From: Lepidodermella squamata
Taxonomy: Eukaryota > Animalia > Gastrotricha
Reading direction: 5' to 3'
DNA: 64,000 nt
NCBI GenBank assembly: GCA_047495785.1
Contig: JBLDXI010000011.1
Span: forward strand, 1,612,001-1,676,000
In this document: positions 37,075 through 49,537 of the stretch, in pieces
Position numbering within the stretch: position 1 is the first letter of the stretch
Layout: every line of letters begins with the position of its first letter
Made by a program: the position numbers and the translations under genes
Notes under the pieces: generated by a model
Database searches by the model: none
What the model was told of the DNA's origin: nothing
Seen by the model: only the letters and a program-made list of their open reading frames with translations

Positions 37075-39702
37075 CAAATATGGCTATTCCACTTGTGTCT
37101 CAAGCCCCAAGTGTCAAGCTCCCCAAGCGGAGCGCGGTTTCGGGTTCGGGTTTTGGGTTCGCGTCCTTCGAAAGAAAGAGTTAGACAAAACCGTGTTTTC
37201 AAATGGTGTCTTTAAACTTTGCACTTTGAGCTCTCTCTGATTGGTCACAAATAAGAATAGCATATAAATTCGTAATTCGTTTCCAACAGGCGAAACCAAA
37301 CTGGCCTTCCTGAGCCACGGTGAAACGTCTGTGGAGCTTCTCGACGAGTTGAATATACCTGTGATCACCGCACTTCGCATCTCCGACAAATGTAGCCTAT
37401 ATCAAAATCGACTAAATCACATATCCCTCATCTGTGGCTCGAAGGCTGTCAGTCAAACTTCTTCATTGCTAGCATGCTAGTAGACCTCTTATCACAAAGT
37501 TGCCCACCTGCAGCAATTTTTATCGAGTAGGTGTCCTAGCGGACCACATGGATCATTCCTCTATTTTCGTCATTTATTTCTGTATTTTGTTTACCTGCGT
37601 CTAACACAGAAGTATCGGTGACAGTTTTCCTCCCGTATAAATGCAAGCTCTGTTAAATCACCCGAATAATCGGTGGCAGGGTATAACATCCATCAATTCA
37701 TCATTTTTTTCATTTTGGACTGGCGTTTCTGAAAATGTGTCCTGAGTGATGAATGTCTAGCACTCCTTATTTCTCAACATGCATTCCACAATACCGAGCT
37801 TTTAACGCGAAGAACCCGAATCAATGCTAAATATTACTCATTATTTTTTGAATAATTGTTTACCTCGTAATTGTTTTTTTGACTTGTAGCTTTTAGTCTG
37901 AGTATTTTAGGATATATCTCGTTTTGATAATTATAAAATCGGTGTATACTAATGGAATACGATTTTTAATCGATTTTATACTGAAATGTGCAATTTCTAG
38001 ACGTAAAAATTGACTTTCGAGATGTTCAGGATGGCTTTTCGTCCTCAAATGGGGCCTCTTTGACTCCATAGAAGTATTAATTAGAGGTAGCCGAGTATTA
38101 TGAGGGGTTACTTTCCCATTAAGTCCTGCATATTTCCACTTTGTTGCTGTTCAAAACTGAGAATTTTCGCGTCATCACCGTTACCTCGTTTTAGGCTCGT
38201 TTCTCTTAGTTTAAAGTTTTTTCTTGAAAAGTCGTGATTTTTAAGAGTTACAGGCTTATTGGCGAACACATTGGTAGAGCTCTCTTCGACTGAAAATCGT
38301 ATTTCAGGCCATTTATATATTGAACTGCGCATTGGACTAGAAAATCACTTCTGATTTTGCGTCATCAATTTTTAGAGCGGGGATGGGCTTCATTTTCTCA
38401 GTTTGAGTCCGCTGGCTTCTTAAATTTTTTTAATCACTCTTCTGAGTGGTCTTATTCGAAATTCGTTGGCGCAGTTTACACTAAAGTTCACTACAATAAA
38501 CACCACAATGATGAGTTATGCTTGAACCCATTTATAATCTCTAGCCGTTGAGTTGATCGTCAAAATCGTTTACCCTTTACCCCGCTACGAGAGCCTTTAC
38601 CTTCTCATCAATCGTCGCATTTACACGAGTTACTTCGTAATTATCGATGTTAATTACTTTGGCTGTTGCGTCATCATTTTTACTTCAACTCAAACGAGCG
38701 CGGTTTATAGCCGCTTTTACACTACTACTATGCGAATGGTAAACGATGGTAATTGATGGTAATTACTCAATTGTTGAATAACAAGGATTAGCTTGTTTTT
38801 GCTTATTTTCACGGTTTTATCGTGATTTTGAGAAAACTAAAAATGATTAAAACCAGTTTACGTGGGTATTTCTGCGACTCATTTGCAACGTGATTAATTT
38901 TCCGTCTAAACGGATAGGAAGCCTGAGCTTTATTCGGTGCCTAGCCGAATTTAATGAAAAAATTATCGTGTAAATTCCGCGAATTTTCCGCGATTCCGCG
39001 ATGCGTTTCTCTAAATTTGTTGGACCAAATTTCCTTGCTTCATCACCTTAAACTCGCGGCTTCTCCGCGTTTGGAAATTGTCGAGATGCCAATTTTGGGT
39101 ATTTTAATTATTTTTCTAGGTATTTCTTGACAGCTTTTCCACACAAAATTGCTGTAAAATTATTAATTGGTCTCACTTTTAGCGGAACCAAATTTGGCCG
39201 AAAACGGAAACTAAAATGCATTTTCCGAATTTCCAGATTAATTTCAAAAAATCAAAAAACTTTGATAAAACTAAAAAAATTTCCAAGTCTGGAAATATGG
39301 GTCTACAGCCAATTTTGGTTCCACGCAATTGTGTGGCACTTGCTTGCTATCGGCGACCAGGGCCCATGTTATTGCCTCGCCCATGTTTAATTAATTCAAA
39401 CTACGCCAACTATTCCGCAACTGACAAATTTGGCTCCGCTAAAAGATAATCAGGTTATTAATTGCTCGCTGGAAAATCGCCCGGGGTTTACCGATTCTCT
39501 TGTCGCATCAAGAAATAATTTCAAACTTCGAATTTATGGTTTATAACGATAATTTTAGAAAGTCGAGAAATCGTCGCAATTTCGGTAATCCATATCAAAG
39601 GGACTCCTCAAAATGTTTTTGAAAATTGCCTGATTTTTAGCCTGATTTCCTGTCATTTTTCTGATAATAATCAAATAATATTTAAAAAAATATTTTAAGG
39701 TT

Positions 39703-40718
39703 CTACGACAACTGAGACCCGACAACCGAGAAAACGACAACTGAGACCGGACAACCGAGACCAAAATATAAATAAATAATTTTATTTTCGCTAACCGAGA
39801 CACCGACAACCGAGACCAAATAATTCGATTTAATAATTAATTAAATCTCGGACAACCGAGACTCCGACAACCGAGACACCGACAACTGAGACCAAATAAT
39901 TATAATAAATTAGATTGGGTGCCAACTTTCATACATAAATATGTATGACAAAATTAACTTTCATACATATTTTTTTTCATTAAATTCGAGCTGAAAACAT
40001 TAGGGAAATGCCAGATGACTAGATTTCTGTTTATGTGAAAGAAAAACGGGGTTCCGAAAGCGAAGTCAATTTTTTCCGCATGAAAATGGTTATTGGGGAA
40101 GCGCAAGGGCCAAAAAATCGAACTTTGTAGAAACCCGAAACTCGAACTACCCTAACCCTAAACCTTAACCGTGAGACCTAACCAAACCCTAAACCTAACC
40201 CTAACCCTAACCCTAACCCGAACCCTGGCACCTAACCCTAACCTCCAACCCCAATTCCTAATTACTGCTTGGCTAAAAAGCACGATTTTATGAAAAAAAA
40301 TATGTATGAAAGTTAATTTTGTCATACATAAATATGTATGAAAGGGAAAAATTTCATACATAAATATGTATGAAAGCGCACTTCGAATTAGATTTTTAAT
40401 AAAAGCCTAAATTGAAGCCGAATATTGAGCATATTCAGCATATTGAGACCCCAATCCAGCCCTAACCCTAACCCTAACCCTAAAACGTAAAGTATATGTG
40501 AGTAAGCCATTCCTTTGTAAATTTAATTTATTATAATTATTTGGTCTCAGTTGTCGGTGTCTCGGTTGTCCGAGATTTAATTAATTATTAAATCGAATTA
40601 TTTGGTCTCGGTTGTCGGTGTCTCGGTTAGCGAAAATAAAATTATTTATTTATATTTTGGTCTCGGTTGTCCGGTCTCAGTTGTCGGATCTGAGTTGTCG
40701 TGGTCTCAGTTGTCGGAG
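39703..40718. mobile_element. Foldback-type non-autonomous element with ~200-bp arms built of GACAAC(C/T)GAGA sub-repeats
   Basis: Arm ~39703-39915 is inverted at ~40520-40718; internal (CCCTAA)n at ~40460-40483; no TSD found. Confidence 0.75.
39917..40385. mobile_element. MULE-type MITE (469 bp) nested in the foldback element, with a 9-bp TSD
   Basis: AATTAGATT flanks it at 39908-39916 and 40386-40394. Inverted CTTTCATACATA sub-repeats lie at both ends. It contains degenerate (CCCTAA)n at ~40150-40250. Confidence 0.8.
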
Positions 40719-42359
40719 TATATCGCGAAGAGTAAAAAATGCGGAAATTATCGTGGTTCGAACCTTGATCGGAAAATAAGGAAGTTCGATATCGGTTCCG
40801 TTAAAATTGATCAATACGCTAAATTATTTCGGTTTTCATTCCTGAACATAGCCTAGGAAAATAAATTCTCCCGTTTCAGGATTTTTGGTTGTATTTCCCT
40901 CAATTTATGAAGTAATCCGAGTTTCAGAAAATTGAATGTTGATTTTTTCCGAAGCGTCAAGAAAGCAATTTCAAAGAGAAATTTTAAAATTACGTTTTCT
41001 TCTTAATTGGCACTCCGAAGTCATTTTTACTAGCAGCCTCAATTATTATTCGAATATTTCGACACATTGAATTTTTTCAATAATTGTATTATTGATTAAA
41101 TTTACAAATTTTGCCATTTGCCAGTCGGAAATTTGATCAGCAAAAGAATATTCGGCTACAACCCGAACGTCGAAAATTGTTTAAAATTGGTTCAGCTGAT
41201 TTAGATGGCCATCGCTTGAGAATTTTGTCCTATTTTTCTGAAAAAATTCGTAACCTACAAAAAATACGTGTCCTGGAATTTACGCAATTATTTTTTAAGT
41301 TTGCAAGTTTTTGGACGTAATTTTGGAAAAAATCCAAGGAGAATATTCGATCCTTCATCCGCCATTTTACCGAATAAATTGAAAAATTTAGCGGAGAGAA
41401 CCCGGAAAACTCCGATTACAACTGCTTCCGTAATTTTGATTAAGGTATTTTACCCCGTTGGACCCTTTCATCTCATTCACAACTCATTGACAAGTGACAT
41501 ACTTGCTTACTATTCTCATGACATTTTGAATTTTTCTAAGATTTCTCTGCCCATGAGATATGAATTTACCTCGCATTTTAGATATTCGTCAACTATTTTT
41601 CCCTGTGTTTCTATGTTTGATGAACTTATGGCATAGAACACGGTTCGTTGTCTAGGGTGATTAATCGTCCCCATTTTCGAAAAAATATGAAAAATGAAAA
41701 CATCGCCGCGGCCTTGAAGAATAGCATTAGGTGACTCGTTTTGACCGTAAATGCAAATATATATAGCAAATTTTGATCACATTTGACAGTCAAAATATTC
41801 ATTACCCATTTTCGGTGACATTCAAAAATGAATTTTTGTTTCTCCATGGCTTTAATCTCGAGGGCCATAACCACGAAAATTGATTTTCAGGTGGCTCAAG
41901 TTGATACAAACCCTGCCTAATAATGATTTTATGTACTAACGACTGATTTTTCCCTGAACAAAATAACGGCGGCATTGAAAATTCGCTTTCTCGTGAAAGC
42001 TCAGTTGCGTAATCAAAACAGAGCCTTGAAATAGGTGTGGCAACTGATGGCATTAACGAAGGCCTCCGTAACCCTCCGCTAGTGTAAAAACGACGAATGC
42101 AAGGCGGTTTAAAAATGAAATTTTGCGGTATTAAGGAATCGCAATTTCGCGATCACATCGTCGGCTGGCACGTGATCTATACATTTCTCCTGCTGGTAAA
42201 TAGAAATGATCGATTTCGCGATTATAAAAATGGGTCTAAATTAGTGCACCACCTAAAATGAGGTTCCAGCAGTAAATTTGAGAGTGCGTTTACCTAATTT
42301 GCAAACAGCTCGCACTAAATCCTTTGGTCATGTATTCATAGATATTCAGTTAATTAAAA

Positions 42360-43305
42360 ATGATTCTACGAAACTTGCGCCTGCTGACGCGATAACTGGC
42401 GACCAAAGGATTTCGTGTCGACCGTCGTCATGCTCTTCTAACGCCAAAGCTTAATACGAGTCACAACTCATTCGTCATTTTCCGGCGTTCCTTCTCAGCC
42501 GTGCCATCCAATAATGCCTGGCTTGACTTTGTTAAACGAATCACACTGGGCGAAATTGCCGGTACTGCTGTCGTGCTTGTTATTGGTAGTATCCCAATTA
42601 ACTACGCCTATGTTGGATATAAGAATGCGGAAGCGTTGAAACATCGTTTAGAACAAGGCTGTGGCGCATAGTTAGACACGGACAACCGAGTTTTCATTGA
42701 TCGTCCAGAGTTGGAGAAGGATTTACAACACTTGATAACGCCATGTACACCGGACTTATTTCCTCATTACTGGAGAGTATGGCACAGGCAAGACGACTGC
42801 GGTTATGAAAGCGTGTCAATCTGTTGGGAGTGGTGTGATTTACGTGACTGTCCCTGAGCATGTCTCCAAATTTGCCTCAGCTTTCGCCAAGGCTACAGCA
42901 TACAAAACTCGTGCTAGCGGATTGCTTCCATTCTTAAACCAACATTTTATTGGACATGAGCCGAAAACTACTGGTAAGCCTTGTAAGGTGAAAGTAGAGT
43001 TTCCCGCGCTCATTTATATGTGCTATATTTGTTCTTCTATAGGGAATGAAGGAAACTTGGACGCTATTTACCGTGCGTTCGAAGAAACGGCGAAGTGGTA
43101 CAAGGCGAAATATCATAAAGTACCTGTTCTTGTCATCGACAACGTGAATAGGCTGGCAAAAGGGAATCCAAAAATGTTAGAAGTGCTTCAAGAAGGCGCA
43201 AAAGACGCTATTGACCATCGCCAATTCGTTACTGTATTTGTATCACCCGATAGTGTGACGCCTCAGCAAATTACGAGTTCGTTTATTTCCTGTCAATTCA
43301 TTTAA
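42360..43305 (+). pseudogene. P-loop ATPase pseudogene (copy 2): predicted mitochondrial presequence, TM anchor, Walker A/B
   Basis: MILRNLRLL...FRRSFS presequence; TM EIAGTAVVLVIGSIPINYAYV; FIDRPELE; Walker A ITGEYGTGKT; Walker B VLVIDN; 69-nt intron at 42974-43042. It has in-frame stops at ~42393 and ~42669, a frameshift at ~42750, and is truncated in intron 2. Confidence 0.82.
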
Positions 43306-44091
43306 TAGTTGCTAATAATAATAATTGTTAGTAATTGCTAACACGGTACCCGCGTGACGTTAGCGGACCACTTTTGCGCGGAAAATCAGGTAAGTTTTTC
43401 AACATTGCTCATTTTTAGGTTGATATTTTTTTTTTTTTTATTTAAGAAAGTTTTCGGGTGCGCACTGTTGGTTATAGCACAAGCCCTAGGACATGTATCG
43501 AAGATTTAAAAAAATTGATGTCAATGACAGCAGGGAAGCATTCTTTCGGAATTGTATTCCATTTTCTGATGATACCAAGCATTCTTTCAAATGGCTCGAT
43601 ATTCTTCCTGATGATACCAGGATATCATCATAATTTAAATTATTATTGTCTCATCTTGGCAAATTTGGGAAACTTTTCCAAGTTTAAATTTCTAAATCAA
43701 AATTCTATAAAAATTTAATTAAGCGCAAATTTGTGAATGATTTTTTTTCAAATTTTAATGCATAGCTCTATAATTTGAAATATTTTTTCAGTTCCTTTGA
43801 GTGAAAACTTCCTCAATTGCACCCCAACATTTTGCTCGACCCCATTTGATATGACGCCATTGCCGACGTCGTCCTTCGAAACCTTGGCCGTTGTTGCTGA
43901 TTTCGTATCGCACATGATATTACGCATCCTTAACGCCTTAACGCCTTAACTGCCTTAACGCAACCAGGTTGGTTTTTCTTATATACTATTATTATATACC
44001 ATCAAATTAAAATAATAATAAAATATTTTGCCATGAAATTTGGAGGCTAGGAAAAATGCACAAAAATTGAAATAATTTTCATTTATTTGCT

Positions 44092-44705
44092 TTGGTTTTT
44101 TTAGAATATCGCGTTTTGCAAATTGAACTTCAAAATTCGAAATCGGTCATTCAAGATCTCGAATCTAGGCTGACGTCATCTTTCGCTGAAATCGGAGGCT
44201 TGAAGGAAAAAGTCTCATTTCTCGAGAAAGAAAATTCAGATTTTCGCAAAAAAGTCGACGCCCTTGAGAAAAATTTCTCTGTTATCTCTGTCCTACATGG
44301 CTGGTTTTATCACTCGCCGCCTCGGTCTAAGCAGCGACTCAAGCAGCATATATCGAGTGGAACGAGCGGGTCGCGCAGTGTAGCCGCGGCGGTCTTGTTC
44401 ACCCTTACTACCACGTCAAGACTATTTTGACGGCGATTTGCCATCCCGACAATGCGGGTTATCTACTCGACGACGATTTTCACGAACGACTCGTAGCGTG
44501 TTTGCCGCACTTTGACGACTCGCGCGTTCGAGGCGTATCGCAATACGCCCGCATGTTGTCTCAAGAGGGGAATGACGGCAGGCAAACTCGGTTCTGGTGT
44601 TGCCGAACCCATTCTCGATTCTACGCGGTTTTCTCTTTGAGGCTTCGGCTTAGATTTCCGGCGCTTCTTCTTGCTCTTTTTGGACGATTGAAAGGAAACA
44701 GATGA
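44092..44705 (+). pseudogene. Frameshifted coiled-coil ORF convergent with the NOF-like transposase; possible accessory gene of the element
   Basis: Heptad pattern LQIELQNSKSVIQDLESRL...LEKENSDFRKKVDALEK; AG acceptor at ~44104; the reading frame continues in the overlapping ORF 44427-44705. Confidence 0.4.
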
Positions 44706-47058
44706 GTCGGTGGTTGGCGTTGCCGATGAAGAACTTTGCACCACTACATTTGAAAAGGAAACCTTCATCAGAGCGAAAACATATTGCCACAGAAATGTCT
44801 TTATCTCGTTTTGACTGCTGCCTTCTGCGTGGCTTATTGATAAGGTCAGATAACGGAAGTTCATCATCAGGCGATTGATTTCTCAGCTGAGCGGAGGGGG
44901 AAATGTCATCAATACTAGCCAAATCGGACTCGACAGGTGTTGCAGTTTTGCGTTTCACACTTCGCCTCTGAAGTGGTATTTCAACATTAACAAGGGGAAA
45001 AATTAACGAAGATGAATTCTCACCGTCAAGTCGAGATTTGGTCCGAGGGGATAGCCTTGGACAGTATTTCGGAGGCTTGGGCTTCCATTCCTTCCATCGG
45101 GATCTTGCCAGCTCCGGAAGTTTGCAGTACGTGTTTTTACCGCGAGTCCATTGCAATTTGGATACGAATCTGGGCATCGAAGCTTTACGAATGCGGCCGA
45201 ACGGCAGGTGGTGTGCTGAAAGTTTTCTTCACGTTGAGGTCTGATTTGTACACTCGCGTCCAACTTTCGACCGGCGCATTGGAAACATGACCCGTCGCGT
45301 TCTCAGGCAGTGTAGCGAGAATGTAGCTTGCTCCCCAACAACAGTACATTGACATGAAGATAGGGTTGTCGTTGAGAACGTTGACAACAGCTGGGTTGTA
45401 ATCAGGGTTATCAGCTCTTTGTCGTCTTTTTTCTTGCCATGGATTGCTTTCTTCAACGCGATGCCGTAATCCTTCATCAAGTGTGAAAAACATATAAACA
45501 GCATCGTGTAGCCTGGCGGTATGAAGATCTTGTCATTGACAATGAATTTGTAAACGGCGCAGAGGTAGCGATGCAAATCAAGGCGGTTGAAAGCCATCGA
45601 ACCGGCCTGTAACTGCAAAACAAGCGTCGGTAACTTGAGCTCGAGGCAATCTGGCTGTCTGGGAGCGATTCATCAGCGCCGTTTTCCACAACAACAGACA
45701 ACAGCCATGATGTAATGGAAGAGGTGTGTTGATCAGCGGAGACCAGCTCGAGGACTGGAACACCAATACTGGTTCCGTCACTGCGACATAGGATAGCCGC
45801 GTAGTAGTAAAGCGGCTTCCCAGTTATTGGATCGTGGCGGAAAACCCTTCCAGTGGCATCAACGTGAAGCACGGTGAATTCTAAGTCAAAAAGGGCGACG
45901 GTAAGTTTAGGTTAAGCACTAGTTTAGCTTAGAGAACGACCGTAGGTATTATTATTCTGCGATTTCTATTGCAAATTTGCCGACTCAATGAAATAGGTAT
46001 ATAGATTTTTCAATTTTAAAATAGGCAGCCTTTTTTCGGATGATCGCTGCTAACTCTAGGCATTACACAGTATAGTAGACTAATGAATCATGAGTAAATA
46101 ATTATATTACTTTGCATCAAATTTTTCGCGTGTTATTTTAAACCCTTACTTTAGTTAAACTCACTTTGCTTTATAGCCGAAAGATAAAGTTCGATATGAA
46201 GTGGCGACCAAAGGCAGGTCACGAAGGGATAAGCTGCGTAAAACTGCACATACTGCTCGTCGCCCAACTGACTTTCTTCGGCTACCAGTAACAGCATGTC
46301 AACGAAGGGATCGACATGCTGGCGGTCACGAAGGCTGTCTTCGCTCTTGATTTTGCGTAGAACTTCGACAGAAGGCAAGGAATTATGGTTTCCTACCAGT
46401 TACCTTTCGTCATCGATTTCCCGAGCAGCGGCATCGTGAAAGGCAACAGCAGAGACGCTTCTCAGTCGACTCGCCATTTCTTCGCGCTCTTGACCGCGAA
46501 TTTGACTGCATGTTGAAACTCCTTCAAGGTGATTAACCTCCCCAGTCCAATTGACGCCGAATTGTAGTCGACCTTGGTTGTCAACCTTGTTCATCTCGCA
46601 CCTATGGTAAACAAGTTTTACTAGACAATTAGTAGCTTGAAAGGTCGAATTACTCACGTCAGTGATAACTTGCGACAGTTGTCGAATGGACAGTTCGTGG
46701 TGATGGACAAGGTTCCTGCTGTGTTGATTTGATGTGAGACTTTCGCCCAATTGCATCTGTGATCCACCGTGTGGAAAGCATCACGTACCACCTTACCCCA
46801 ACCAGGGTCAAGCTTCAGGCGTTTCCTAGCTTGCCCCTAGCGATTTCGTTTTAAATATTCACAATAATTCTTACGTTAAATATGCTTACCCGCATGCGTG
46901 GTCCGAAGCGATCCAATTCTGTCATCAACAAGAAGAAACAAGGCTGCTCTGGGCCTTCTTGCTCTCATGGGGTCTTTACCCTGCCGTTTCGATATTTGAG
47001 TGGCTAAAGTCACCCCTTTCAGACATGTTAAAGTCACCCCACTGTGCAAAGTCACCCC
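44463..47058 (-). mobile_element. Degenerate MULE-superfamily (NOF/FB-like) transposase relic with one putative terminus
   Basis: Ordered motifs across frameshifted ORFs: LHVDATG..LYYY, P..QVTDACFA, ICFSHLMK (CxxH), SNAPVESW. Three AAAGTCACCCC repeats at 47006-47058 resemble a TIR; the partner end was not found. Confidence 0.72.
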
Positions 47059-47174
47059 AAATTACGGTATATGCGAAAATCATCAACAAGTGTCTGCGAA
47101 AGTGGTTGAGTGTATTTTCACCATCGAAACAGTGTCAGTTCGGTTTTTAGGAAGGTGTCTCTACCACTGATAGA

Positions 47175-47988
47175 CCGCGGGTAGACCGCGAACTGTTGTT
47201 CAGGAAGCTGGTAAGGAGAGGTCGTTAGCGTTTCGGTATAACTCTCCATTTGACGGTAACTCCATCTCGCCATTGTTCTCTACTTGCGGTAAATAATTTA
47301 CCGTAAACGGCACTACCTCGACTCTGAAGCATACAAATACTCGCGCGCGGTAAAATAAATGTTTCTGCGGTAAATTTAGCTCATATTTTGGAGGAATAGA
47401 AATAATGGAGTCGGAACTGCGCGCGAGTCTTGGCTCGCGTTCTTACAATAGAGCGTGTTACGCAACCCTGAGCATGAGGATGACAGAAAAATTGCCTGGT
47501 GGTTTAGGGTGTTATAAAATGACGCGTTACCATGGTGATGCGCGCGGGATTCCTCCATGGCTCATATGTAGCCTGCTTCTTCACTAGCTGTATAAAAGCC
47601 TCACGGTAAGTGGAAAGCATGCTTCTTCACTAGCTGTATAAAAGCCTTACGGTAAGTGGAAAGACAAAAGCTTACGTTAAATAGTAACTGCCGCAAGTGC
47701 TTCTGCGGTAAAACTGACGCCGCGTGCGGTAAAAATTTACAAACGCGGCGGCGTTCGTTATACCGCACGGGCATTGATGTGACGTTGTTTGCGTGCTGCG
47801 GTAAAATATTTACCGTCGAATGGAGAGTTATACCGAAACGCTAGCGAGGTGTCCCGCTGCTGTTTGTGGCAATGCTGAGGGACATGTACACCGGAACGGA
47901 GGCAGCGGTCGCAGTTGGTGGCGAAGTCTCGGACCCATTTGAGACCAGGACCGGCGTGAAGCAGAGCGATCCTTCTGTTTTGCGTGTA
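47175..47988 (+). mobile_element. LINE reverse-transcriptase fragment, split by a MITE and cut by the Tc1-like terminus
   Basis: RVDRELLFRKLVRRG [insert] GVPLLFVAMLRDMYTGTEAAV...TRTGVKQ...LLFCVY; homologous to the LINE at ~61430-61600. Confidence 0.75.
47226..47843. mobile_element. Non-autonomous TIR element (hAT-like TAG...CTA termini), 618 bp
   Basis: TAGCGTTTCGGTATAACTCTCCATT.GACGGTAA is inverted at ~47810-47843. Many internal GCGGTAAA motifs; degenerate flanking duplication GAGAGGTCGT / GCGAGGTGT. Confidence 0.7.
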
Positions 47989-48899
47989 CAGGGTGTTCTT
48001 TTTAAAACCGAACATCCTGCCGTAGTCGCGAAAAATAAATCTGCCGGCTATTTTACGAAAATAAGTTACGAAAATAAATACTAAAATAATTTTTTATCAC
48101 TTTTAATAATAATTTTTAATTTTATTTTCAATTGCACGATGCCCTTGAATTTTAGCGCGCGTTGCCACGTCGACGCGTTGGTTTTTAAATTTTAGCCGTT
48201 AAAACGCCGGAAATCAGGGTATTCGCGCCTGGTTCCTAAGGTAACCGGCAAGCGTGTGGCTCCTTGCCGCGCATCATTCAAGTCAGTTAAGCGAGCTAAA
48301 TGTTTTAGACGCGCCGTTTTTCCTTATTCCGTCTCAGTTTTCACTGTGTACTATACCCAAAAACGGTAAAAAGGGCCATTAATCCCTCTTCCTCGCTGGT
48401 GAAATCCACCGCTAGGATCAATTAAACATCGGTGCAATGGGGTTTTCTGTTATCAGTAATAATGTTTAAGGTATATCAAATGATCCTGAATAATTTTTGA
48501 GCAATTCGAAGTCCGCGGATGAGAGATATACACCTTTATTCGGCCGAAATGCACTGCATGAGGCCGTTTCACGTTGAAAATGACAGTGATATCATGTAAA
48601 TGGACGGAGTAGCGGGCGAAAGCATGTCGAATTTATTGGCATAGATGTTGCTGATGCGGAAGACACTTTCCTTACTTCAGTTCTTTGATATTCTCTCAAC
48701 CTGATGTGATACTACGTCCCCAGTGATGTCTCCAGTGATGTCCCCAGTGATATCGTAGTTAACTTCTCTCGACTAATCAAAGCTGATCTCAAAGGCGTTA
48801 ACAGCCTCATCATCAAAATGGTCTCTCAGGACTATTATTATTACACATGTTCATAACATCAAAAAGAAAGAATTCAAGGTATTTTAGATATAATGATGT

Positions 48900-49240
48900 A
48901 GCCGCTCAATTTATTTCATTTCATAAATTCCGAACCCATGTTCAAGCCGAAATGCGACTCAAAACGAGAAATGCTTAGTCTGAGTTACAGAGGTCCCGAA
49001 CTGTGGAATCAACTGCCTATTGAGGCACGGCAGGCCGAGTCAGCTGACATATGCCGTTCAATTGCTCACGCTTTTTTCTACAACAAAAATGCCTCAACAG
49101 CACTTTAATAAATTGATTGCACTCTATTTTTTTACTGTTGTGCAGCTATTATGAGCTGAGCCGTAGCGACGCAAGTCGGGAGGCTGACTCATATTTTTTA
49201 TTGTAATTTGTAATTAGCGATAGAAATAAGAATAAAACCT
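48900..49240 (+). mobile_element. Short LINE (CR1/L2-type) 3' remnant
   Basis: Translates as FKPKCDSKREMLSLSYRGPELWNQLPIEAR; downstream AATAAA. Confidence 0.55.
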
Positions 49241-49537
49241 ACATTTACCAGCTATTATGAGCTGCTACTGCCTTTTATGAAGTTGTTGAGATTTTGTTTT
49301 AATATTATCTTTATTATTTTTACACACTATGTACTACTGATCAAAATTGTTGACTGATCACTGCTACATATTAAAACGATGAATTGTCCAAACCTTTGTT
49401 TCCACTTACTGTGTTCACTTTTCCTGTCCTAAATCTGAACCTGTCCTGAAATTATCTGTTGCTTTTTCCTTCAAACATTGTCAAGCTGCCCTCTCTTGGG
49501 TGTCATAGCTTCTAAATAAATGAATAAATAAATAAAT

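Noticed and set aside
39715-39900. Regularly spaced GACAACCGAGA repeats resembling a CRISPR array
   Set aside because: Short units without unique spacers, mirrored as an inverted arm, no cas genes, eukaryotic context; these are TIR sub-repeats.
40150-40250. Chromosome end or true telomere
   Set aside because: Short, degenerate, and internal to a TSD-flanked element.
42974-43042. GKPCKVKVEFPALIYMCYICSSI as a Cys-rich insert in the ATPase
   Set aside because: It is a 69-nt GTAAG...TATAG intron that happens to be stop-free and in frame.
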